From the NCBI GenBank assembly GCA_977017645.1, contig OZ360227.1:98704001-98768000 (forward strand): 64,000 nucleotides of DNA. The letters run 5' to 3'. This document shows positions 40,401 through 52,400 of the stretch, in pieces (position 1 is the first letter of the stretch; each line of letters opens with the position of its first letter). The notes beneath the pieces are model-generated. The model saw only the letters and a list, made by a program, of their open reading frames with translations, was not told the origin of the DNA and made no database searches. This stretch comes from Torpedo marmorata. Lineage: Eukaryota. A program made the translations under genes and the position numbers.

Positions 40401-43400
40401 ATAATTGAAACTGAATTCACAGTTACTGGATTAACTGAAGATGCAAGATACGAATTTAGAGTGATTGCAAGAAATGCAGCTGGTATTTTCAGTGAACCAT
40501 CTGAAAGCTCTGGACCAATTACAGCGAGAGATGAAATTGAAGCTCCAAGAGCTTCCATGGACCCCAAGTACAAAGATATAATTGTTGTTAATGCAGGGGA
40601 CACCTTTGTTCTGGATGCTGATATCCACGGTAAACCTGTCCCTGATATAAAATGGGTCAAAGATAGCAAAGATATCGATATAAATGTTGCAAGAATGGAG
40701 ATCAAATCCAGCATTCAAAACACTAGTCTTACTGTCAAGGATTGTATACGAACTGATGGAGGACATTATGTACTTAAGCTTAGTAATGTAGGTGGGGAGA
40801 AATCTATTCCTATAACTGTTAAGGTCCTTGATAGGCCTGGTCCTCCTGATGGTGTTTTGAAGGTTTCTGGTGTCACTGCAGACAAGTGCTACTTGGCTTG
40901 GAATCCACCTTCTCAGGATGGTGGTGCCAATATTTCTCACTACATAATTGAGAAGAGAGAAACTTCCAGACTTTCATGGACACAAGTAGCATCTGACGTG
41001 CAAGCTATTAGTCACAAAGTAACCAAACTTCTTGTAGGTAATGAGTATATATTCCGTGTAATGGCAGTAAATAAATATGGAACTGGTGAGCCACTGGAAT
41101 CTGAACCAGTTGTGGCTAAAAATCCATTCCGTACACCAAGTGCACCAACAGTGCCTGAGGTCACAGCCATCACTAAAGATTCTATGGTTGTGACATGGGG
41201 GCATCCTGACGATGATGGTGGAGCTGCAATTGAAAATTATATACTAGAGAAGCGGGACAAAGATGGAATCAGATGGGTCAAATGCAATAGAAAGCGGTTA
41301 AGTGATTTAAGATTTAGAGCTACTGGCTTAACAGAAGGTCATTTCTATGAATTCCGTGTATCTGCTGAAAATGCTGCTGGTGTGGGTGATCTAAGTGAAC
41401 CATCCATTTTCTACAGAGCTTGTGATGTAATTTATGTTTCTGGCCCACCAAACAATCCAAAAGTGATAGACACAACAAGATCTACAGTATCTCTTGCATG
41501 GGGCAAGCCAATTTATGATGGTGGAGCTAAAATTAAAGGTTATATTGTGGAGATGAAAGAAACCAATACTGAAGACTGGATCACGTGTACGCCTCCAACA
41601 GGTGTACAATCAACACATTTCACATTAACAAATTTGAAAGAGAATGCTGAGTATAATATCTGCATCTGTGCCATTAATTCAGAAGGAGTAGGGGAACCTG
41701 CTAATATTTCTGGTACAGTAATTGCAGCTGATAAGCTTGAACCACCAGAAATTGAACTGGATGCCAATCTCCGGAAGGTGGTGTCTGTACGAGCTGGTGG
41801 CACTTTGAGGTTATTTGTTCCCATTAAAGGCCGACCAGAGCCTGAGGTAAAATGGGAAAAAAGTGAAGGTGCACTAAGTGAGAGAGCCCAGATTGAAGTT
41901 ACAAGCTCCTACACCATGTTGGTAGTGGATAATGTGAACAGGTTTCACAGTGGCAAGTATAATTTAACTTTGGAAAATAACAGTGGTAGCAAATCTGCAT
42001 TTGTTAATGTTAGAGTACTTGATTCACCTAGTAGTCCTGTAAACCTACATGTAAAAGAAGTAAGAAAAGATTCAGTAACTATATCATGGGAACCCCCTCT
42101 AATCGATGGTGGGGCTAAGATTACAAATTATGTTGTTGAAAAACGTGAATCTACTCGAAAGGCTTATGCTGCTGTTAACAACAATTGTATGAAAAACACT
42201 TTCAAAATAGAATCATTGCAGGAAGGTGGGATTTATTTTTTCCGTGTAATGGCAGTTAATGAATATGGAATTGGCTTGCCAGCAGAGACTGCTGAACCTG
42301 TCAAAGCATCTGAGGTACCCTTGCCTCCAGGCAAAGTGACTTTGATAGATGTAACAAGAAACAGTGCAACCATCACCTGGGAGAAACCTGAGCATGATGG
42401 AGGTAGCAAAATAACTTCCTACATTGTTGAAATGCAGACTAAAGGAAGTGAAAAATGGATTTCATGTGCCCAGATAAAAGCATTAGAGACAACAGTGAAA
42501 GGATTAACTCCAGGTGAAGAATACACCTTCACTGTACGAGCTGTTAATGAGAAAGGAAAAAGTGATCCAAGGCAGTTGGGAGTTCCTGTAATTGCAAAAG
42601 ATATTGAAATTGAGCCATCTGTGGAGCTTCTTTTCAATAGTTTCAGTGTAAAAGCTGGTGATGACCTCAAGATTGACATACCATTTAGAGGAAGACCTTT
42701 GCCAACTATAACGTGGAAAAAGGATGGCCAGGCTTTGAGGCAGACAACACGTATAAATGTGCAGACATCAAAGACATCAACTCGTTTGACTATCAAAGAA
42801 GCTATAAAGGAAGATGTTGGAAAATATGAACTGACTGTTTCCAATAGTATTGGTTCAAAAACTTTCTTAATCAACATTATTGTTCTTGACAAACCTGGAC
42901 CACCAAGTTCTATTCATGTTGATGAAGTTAGTTCTGATTATATAGTAATATCATGGACAGCACCAGAATATGACGGTGGTTGCCAAATTAACAATTACAT
43001 TGTTGAAAAAAGAGACACTACTACAACAACATGGGAAACTGTGTCTGCCACTGTAGCAAGAACATCAATTAAAATCACAGGACTTACAACAAGAGGTGAA
43101 TATCAATTCCGTGTTTATGCAGAAAACAGATATGGCAAAAGCCACTACAGTGAATCTTCAGCTGTTGTTGCCGAATATCCATTTAAACTTCCTGGTCCTC
43201 CTTCAACTCCTATCATTGCACACGCCACCAAAAGTTATATGATTGTAAAATGGAATGAACCTGTTTCTGATGGAGGTTCTAAAATTATTGGATACCACCT
43301 TGAATGCAAAGAGAGAAGCAGTATCCTGTGGACAAAGATGAATAGAGTTCCAATTAATGAAACCAAAATGAAAGTAATTGGCCTGGAAGAAGGTCTCTCT

Positions 43401-46400
43401 TATGAGTTCCGTATTTATGCAGAAAATATTGCAGGTATTGGCAGAGCCAGTAAAGTTTCTGAAACTGTTGCAGCAAGAGATCCCTGTGACCCTCCAGGTC
43501 AACCTGAAGTAACATATATTACCAGAACCTCCGTTTCACTATCTTGGACCAAGCCAGAATATGATGGTGGTGCTAAAGTTACTGGTTATATTGTTGAATC
43601 CAGGCTGCTACCCGATGGTCGCTGGCTTAAATGTAACTTTACCAACATCCAAGAAACATATTTTGATGTTACTGGTCTTAATGAAGATCAACGCTATGAG
43701 TTCCATGTTATTGCAAAGAATGCTGCAGGACTGTTCAGTGAACCATCTGAATCAACAGGTTCCATTACGGTTAAGGATGATATGGAAGCCCCAAGAATTA
43801 TGATGGATGCTAAATTTAGGGAGCTTATTGTTAAGGCAGGTGATACTGTTAGGTTTAATGCAGATACAGCTGGTCGTCCGTTTCCAGTGATATCATGGAC
43901 AAAGGATGGTAATGAACTTGAAGGACAAGCAAGAGTTGAAATCCAGTCAACTGACAACAGCACTGCAGTTGTCATTAAAGACTGTATTAGACGAGACTCG
44001 GGACAGTATGTTGTAACATTGCAGAATGTTGCAGGAACAAGATCCCTGGCTGTTAACTGCAAAGTACTTGATAGACCAGGTCCGCCTGCTGGTCCTTTAG
44101 AAATAACTGGCTGCACGTCTGAAAAGTGTTCCTTGTCATGGGCACCACCTCAAGAAAATGGAGGAGCAGAAATTGATCATTATATTGTAGAGAAACGTGA
44201 AACAAGTCGTATTGCTTGGACATGCGTAACCGATAACTTGCCAACAACATCCTGTAAGGTAACTAAACTGCTTAAAGGCAATGAGTACATTTTTAGAGTA
44301 ATGGGGGTGAACAAGTATGGAGTTGGTGAAATTTTGGAGAGTGAACCTGTAAAAGCTGTGGATCCATTCACAGTTCCCAGTACACCAAAATCACTTGAAA
44401 TTACCAATGTCACGAAGAATTCCATGACTCTCTGCTGGGAAAGACCTGAGAGTGATGGTGGAAATCCAATTGCTGGATATGTTATTGAGAAGCGTGAAAA
44501 GACAGGTTTACGCTGGGTTCGAGTTACTAAGAAAGCTGTGTATGATCTAAGAGTAAAAGCAACAGGGCTTCGTGAAGGTGCAGAATATGAATACCGTGTG
44601 TATGCCGAAAATGCTGCAGGCTTCGGTCCTCCAAGTGAACCATCAGTTTTGGTCTGTGCAAAAGATCCAGTTTTCATACCTTCTCCTCCCTCCAAAGCAA
44701 AAATCATTGATTCCACAAGGACAAGCATTACTATTAGCTGGACAAAGCCACTGTTTGATGGCGGAGCACCTGTGACTGGATACACTGTGGAGTATAAAAA
44801 ATCTGAACACACTGAATGGACAACAGCGGTTCAGAATTTGAAGGGCACTGAGTATACAGTACTTGGACTTGCATCTGGAATGGAGTATGTTTTCTGTGTA
44901 AGATCCATTAACAAAGTTGGTGTCAGTGATCTAAGTGAAATATCAGAGCCACATATTGTAAAAGAAAGAGAAGAGGAACCTGCATTTGAAATTGATAATG
45001 AAATGCGTAAAACGTTAATCGTCAAGGCTGGAAGTTCCTTTACGTTAACTGTACCTTTTAGAGGAAAACCAGTACCCAATGTAATGTGGAGCAAGTCTGA
45101 TATTGATCTCCGGGTAAGAGGAAATATAGAGATCACTGATTCAAAAACATCACTGACAATCGAGAAAGCCACAAGGAATGACTGTGGTAAATACACAGTA
45201 ACATTGCAGAATGTCTTAGCTACGGCCACACTGACTCTAGTTGTCAAAGTTCTGGATTCACCTGGACCTCCTGGCACTATTACTGTAAAAGAAGTCACCA
45301 GAGAATCTGTAACACTGACCTGGGACGTACCAGAAATTGAAGGTGGTGCTCGAGTGAAGACCTATCATGTTGAAAAGCATGAAGCTAGTAAGAAGGCATG
45401 GGTCACTGTAACAACCAACTGTCAGCGTCTTACTTACAAAGTTACTGACTTGCAAGAAGGTGGCATTTATTACTTCCGTGTCCGAGGAGAAAATGAGTTT
45501 GGTGTCGGTGTACCCATTGAGACCAAGGAAGGAGTTAAAGTAACAGGTAATTTATTCACTTATTACTGTTGACCGAATATATAGATATTAAGTAGTACAG
45601 TGTAGCATAACCAAATATCGCACATTAGATCTAGCAATAGATTCTGCACATTTCTCATGTTCTAAGTTTGCTTTTTCAGTCAAACTGAAGGTGGGATAGA
45701 GAAATATGCTTTTTCTCAAGTGTGGAAATGATTAACCTGCTGATCTCTCAAGTGCCTTCTGCTTATTTTCACATTGCAGGAATACATTGAGATATTTGCT
45801 GAACAAAAAAAATGTTTAAATATAAATATGATGTGATAATATAGTTGTAGTGATCAATTAGCATGCCCATTTTCAGCTGTGAATATGCCAATGTGACCTC
45901 AATATATGCACAACTGGAATGCAAAGGCAACCCAAAACTGTGCATTGGGCTCCATTAATCTTAATTGGTAAGATGTCCATATTCATTGAGCCTCCATAGT
46001 CAGCTTGGCTGCTTGAAGAAAATGAAAAGCACTCCACCATGCTGAAAGTAATCCTGGAAGAAGAGGATGAGCAACCTGGAGGAATGTAAAGATGAAATAG
46101 TGCTGAGATTGGGATGTTATTCAGGACAGCTCTCCTGTTGTTTTTTAACATAAAATTATTTAGTGGTATTCAGTTAATCCCAGTATCCACTGAATTATCT
46201 AGATTGGGAATTATCAGATTCTAGGGAAGGTGAGATCTGCACAAGCAGTTAGCGCCACGCCTTTACAGCGCCAGCGATCGGGACCGGAGTTCGAATCCCA
46301 CGCTGTCTGTAAGGAGTTTGTACGTTCTCCCCGTGTCTGCGTGGGTTTTCCCCGGGGGCTCCGGTTTCCTCCCACCGTTCAAACCATACCGGGGTTGTAG

Positions 46401-49400
46401 GTTAATTGGGTGTAAATTGGGCGGCACGGACTTGTGGGCTGAAATGGTGTGTTACCGTGCTGTATGTCTAAATTTTAAAAAAAATTTAAAACATTTTAAA
46501 AATTGCTCATGAACTAGAGAAGCACCAATATCCTTGTGAGATGATCTGCCAGTGTTACTCATGGCAATTTTAACTGATCTGGCAGGGAGATGGGACCCAA
46601 AGCTTCAGTCATAGTGGGTGAGCAAGCTGAGGTTAACTTAGATGTGAAAATGAGCAAGTTTGGTAGATAAAACAGGCAGAGGCAAGTCAAAACATAGAAG
46701 GTCTGACAGGCAACAGCTTTTATTTTAATGAAAGAAGTCTGACAGGCAAAGAGAATGAACCCAGGGTATAGTTAGGTAAGTGGGACTGGGATATTATAAT
46801 CATAATAGAAATGTGGCAAGAGACGGGCATGTCTGGCAGGTTAATGTTCCAGGATATAGATTCTGCAGGTGAGATAGAGGTGAAGATAAGAGAGGCAGGG
46901 GTGTTACATTTTTGATTCGGGAGAACATCACAGCAGTACTAAGAGACAATATTCTTGGAGGATCATCCAGTGAGGCCATATGGGTGTTCAGAAATAAGAA
47001 GAGGATGATTTCTTTGATGGGGTTGTGTGATAGGCCCCAAATAGTCAGAAAGAATTAGAGGAGCAAGTTGTAGGGAGATCACAGATGGCTATAGGAAGAA
47101 CAGATTTGTAGGTGATTTCAACTTCCTTCATTTTGACTGGTATTCTCACAGTCCAAAGGGCTTTGATGAGATGGAATTTATTATATGCGTCCCAGAGAAT
47201 TTTCTCAAATAATATGTAAATGGCCCTGACTAGAGAGGGTGCAACACTTGAGGGGATTCTAAGTGAAAAGATCTCATTGAATTTGATTTTTTTTAAATGT
47301 ACACATATAGCATGGTAACAGGACCTTCCTGCCCACGAGCCTGTGCCACCCAATTACACCTACAACCCCCGTAAATGAAGGGTGGGAGGAAACCGAAGCA
47401 CCCGGAGGAAACCCATGCAGAGATGGGGAGAACATACCAACTCCTTACACACAGTGCCAGGTTCGAACCTGGGTCACTGGCGCTGTAACAGCGTTGCGCT
47501 AACTGCTACGCTAAACGTGCCGAGAAAGTTCTTGGAAAGACAAAAACTGATTCAGGGTAGTCAGCATGGCTTTGTGCATGAGAAATAGCGTCTCACAAAC
47601 TTGATTGAGTTTTTTGAAGAGGTGACCAAGAAGACTGATGAGGGCAGGGCAGTAGTTGTCTACGTGGACTTTAGCAAGGCCTTTGACAAGGTCCCAGATA
47701 GTAGGCTATTGTGAAAGATCAGATTGCAAGGAATCCATAAACTAGAATCCCACTACTCTCTTTTTACTAAATCTGTTCTGCACTGTCTCGGGAGCTTCAC
47801 GTCCTTCCCATTGTACTGATTACTGTAGTTAAGGCTAAACCAGTGTTTTATAGACATTCATCATAACTTCATTGCTTTTGCTATTATATAAATCCTCCTT
47901 TTAAAACACCAATAATTATGTATGTTTTAGTCAGATATGGCTTCTCTTTTTCTCATTCCTAATATGATGCACTCCCAGTCTATACCAGTTCATTCAAGAG
48001 ATAGCAGGTTATCTCCAAAATGAAAAACATATTTTGATTCAAGTAGAGAATCCAAAGGAAATGATCAAAATTCAGAGAAAAAGTGTATTAAATAGCAACT
48101 TGGAATTTATTGTTTCTTTTTAGTATTCTTAATTTAAGCAGTAACAATATCTTATTCTTTTTTTCAGAAAAACCAAGCACACCTGAGCGACTTGGAGTTA
48201 CAAATGTCACTAAAGACAGTGTTTCACTTGCTTGGTCAAAGCCAGAACATGATGGAGGCAGTAGGATCACAAGCTACTTTATAGAAGCTCTTGAAAAAGG
48301 CCAGCAAAAATGGGTTAAATGTGCAGTTGTGAAGACTACACATCACGTTATACATGGTTTGAAACAAAATGTAGACTATTTCTTCAGAGTTTCTGCTGAA
48401 AACCAGGCTGGTCTAAGTGACCCGAAGGAAATGGTTCTACCAGTAACAGTTAAAGAGCAACTTGGTAATTGTTTTTCATATTATAATAACATTTTGCTGT
48501 GTGTGTAGCTATACTTAATGTGGTTACTTGAAATCAAGAAAACTAAGACTTTTTTCAGTCCAGAGGAACTTTGAGCTTTAGGATATATTCATTGAATTCA
48601 GACTACTATTTATTTTCCTAATTTGTTTCAGAATCACCCGAAATTGACCTGAAGAGCTTCCCACGCCACACTGTTTACGTTCGGGCTGGATCCAACCTAA
48701 AATTTGAAATACCAATTTCTGGCAAGCCACAACCTAAAATATCTTGGTCCAAAGGTGGCGTCTGCGTGAAGTCATCAATGAGATTTAACACTGAAATTAC
48801 TGCAGAAAGCATTATTGTGAATCTGAAAGAAAGTGTTGCTAGTGACTCTGGCCGGTATGATATTACTGCTTCCAACTCCAGTGGAACAACAAAGTCTTTC
48901 ATTAATATTGTAGTGCTGGACAGACCCGGACCTCCAGTGGGCCCTGTAAGCATTAGTGATGTTACTGAAGATAGTGTGATGTTGAGATGGCAGCCACCAA
49001 CATATGACGGTGGCAGTCAAGTAACAAATTACATTGTTTTGAAAAGAGAAACCAGTACAGCTGCTTGGACAGAATTATCTGCTACTGCAGCAAGAAGTTT
49101 AATCAAGGTCATGAAGCTGACTACTGGAGAGGAATACCAGTTCCGTATCAAAGCTGAGAACCGTTTTGGAATCAGTGATCACATTGATTCCACATGTGTC
49201 ACAGTCAAGTTGCCATATAGTAAGTTATTCTTGATAGCATGATTATTCATTTTAGCAAAGAATGTTATGATTATTGTTAATCTTCATCTACTCACATTGC
49301 TAATTTGTACACCCTGTATTTTTTTAGCAACACCTGGTCCTCCATCAACTCCATGGGTTACTAATGTCACAAGAGAAATCATAACCGTAGGTTGGAATGA

Positions 49401-52400
49401 GCCTGTTTCTGACGGTGGCAGCCATGTGATTGGTTATCATTTAGAAATGAAGGACAGAAATAGCATTTTATGGCAGAAAGTTAACAAGACCATTATTCGT
49501 ACAACACATTTGAAGGTCACAAATATCAGTAGTGGACTTATCTATGAATTCCGTGTATATGCGGAAAATGCTGCAGGCATTGGCAAAGTCAGCCATCCTT
49601 CTGATCAAGTTCTTGCAATTGATGCTTGTGGTAAGTATAGACTCAAGTTGTACTGTGGTCCTTTTCAGTTCAATGTAGAATTTCATTATTGCTTAAAATA
49701 AGCCAATATTTGTGAATACAATCAGATAACTAAATCTCTTGTATATTTATTTTTCAGAGTGTCCATCAAATGTACGTGTTACAGATGTTTCAAAGAGCTC
49801 TATCAGCCTCAGCTGGAACAAACCTGCATATGATGGTGGCAGCAAGATTACTGGCTACATCATTGAAAAACATGATTTGCCAAATGGAAGATGGACAAAG
49901 GCCAGCTTTACAAATGTTATTGAGACTAATTTTACTGTATCAGGCTTGACTCAAGATGCACAGTATGAATTCCGTGTGTTTGCAAAGAATGCAATTGGTT
50001 CAATCAGTAATCCATCCGAAGTTGTTGGACCAGTAACATGCCATGATACCTTTGGTAAGTGTTTTTCCTTAACAATATATATGAATAAAAGAGATTGTTT
50101 GGAGAGGTTAGAATTTCTAATAATATTACTATTGTTTACTTTGATGCATAGGTGCACCTGAGATTGACATGCCTTTGGAGTATATGGATGTTGTCAAATT
50201 TAAGGCCGGTTCAGCCATAAAGATTAAAGTTGACATCTCTGGAAAGCCTCTACCATCTATTGAATGGTATAAAAATGGCAAAGAAATTGAGACTAGTTCA
50301 CAAGTCTTTATTGAAAACACAACTGACTCTGCAGCAGTAATTATTAAGGATGCCAGTCGTATCAACAGTGGAAGCTATGAAGTCAGGCTTAAAAATCCCA
50401 TTGGCTCAGCAACAGGAACAATCAGATTACAAGTTCTAGGTATGTAGATCTATTGTGCCCTTATAAATTTAAAGTTATTTTTGGAACTATACATTTCACA
50501 TGCGATGCGTGACTTCTTTTTCTGCTTTTCAGACAAATCTGGACCCCCTCTTGGACCTGTACAGTTTAAGACTGTTACAGCTGAGAAGATCACAATCTTA
50601 TGGAGTGCTCCAACAGATGATGGTGGTGCACCTATCAGCCATTATGTTGTTGAGAAACGTGAGACAAGTCGAGTTGTGTGGTCTCTCATTTCAGAAAAGT
50701 TGGAGCACACAATCGTTACTGTACGGAATATCATTATGGGCAATGAATATGTGTTCCGTATTCGGGCTGTGAACAAATATGGTGTGGGTGATCCACTGGA
50801 ATCTGATGCTGTTATTGCCAAGAATGCATTTGGTAAGAAAAAAAGGCTAGTTTTTTTTTCCAGTGAATGTTCTTCTTAATTTTTACATGGAGGTTAATTT
50901 GAATTTTTTTCAATAGTTACACCCGGGCAACCAACCATGCCTGAAGCTTCCATGATAACTAAACATTCAATGACCATAAGCTGGAAGAGACCAACTGTTG
51001 ATGGTGGCAATGAAATCAGTGGCTATATCTTGGAAAGACGTGAAAGGAAGAGTCTACGATGGTTCAAGGTCACGAAAGAATCTATCCGTGATACCAGACA
51101 AAAGGTTACTGGGCTTACAGAGGGAAATGAGTATCAGTACCAAGTTTGTGCTATCAATGCAGCAGGAGAGGGTCCATTCTCCAATTCTTCTGATTTCTAT
51201 AAAGCTGCTGATCCAATTGGTATGTGAAAATTAATGTACAATTTGGAAATATTAAGCAAAAGGTAGCAGTGTTACCAATTAATGTGTTCAAATGTTCTCA
51301 CTCTTATTTGTAGATCAACCTGGCCAACCAACCAAACTGAAGATTGTTGACAGCACAAAATCTTCCATCACTCTTGGCTGGGTTAAACCAGTTTATGATG
51401 GAGGAAGCACAATAACAAGCTATGTAATTGAAAAGAGAGAAGCTGATGAAGAGCAATGGACAGTAATTACTTCTAAGGGTGAAGTCAGAACTACAGAATA
51501 TGTTGTATCCCAATTAACACATGGTATAAACTACTACTTCCGTGTCAGTGCAGTAAATATTGCTGGTCAAGGGGAACCAATTGAAATGGTGGAACCTGCG
51601 CAGGCTAAAGACATACTTGGTAAGCACATGATTTGTAGAATGCATTGATTACATATAGCATTTGCATTTATGTGAATAAAATTTTCTGATATATATATAT
51701 ATATATTTACATTCTACAGAGGCACCAGAGATTGATCTTGATGTTGCACTTAGAACTTCGATTACAGCAAAGACAGGAGAAAATGTCGAAATTATGATAC
51801 CTTTCAAAGGTCGTCCTCATCCAAATGTCACCTGGAGAAAGGGTGAGAAAAATATTAACACTGATGAAAGATACGCCATCTATAACACTGAGTCATCTAC
51901 ACTTCTCACTATTCCTGAGGTCAACCGAGAAGATACTGGAAAATATGTTTTGACAATTGAAAATGGAGTTGGAGAATCCAAATCAACATTTGTAAATGTG
52001 AAAGTCCTTGATTCTCCAGCCCCTTGTCAGAAGTTGCATATAAAGCACGTGACCAGAGGCACAGTCACATTAGTTTGGGAACCACCTCTTAATAATGGTG
52101 GTGCTGAAATTGTCAATTATGTCATTGAAAAGAGAGATGCAACAAAAAGAGCCTGGTCAAGTGTCACAAGCAAATGTTCCAACACAACTTTTAAGATCAC
52201 TAACTTATCAGAGAAGAGTTCATTCTTTTTCCGAGTACTGGCAGAAAATGAGAATGGAGTGGGTGAGCCATGTGAGACTTCAGAACCAGTGAAAGCCACT
52301 GAAGTACCAGGACCCGTCAAGGATCTTTTGATGAAAGACTCAACAAAATCTTCTGTGGTGTTACAATGGAACAAGCCAGACTATGATGGAGGCAGCATAA

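Noticed and set aside
28643-45455. Many minus-strand and alternate-frame ORFs over titin exons (up to 210 aa, e.g. 44180..44812)
   Set aside because: Shadow ORFs caused by titin codon bias; they recur with the domain repeat and show no domain motifs
45873-46151. 92-aa minus-strand ORF; also intronic ORFs 3532, 12506, 14185, 16363, 21770, 23881, 24038, 59648
   Set aside because: No recognisable domains or splice context; most overlap decayed repeats
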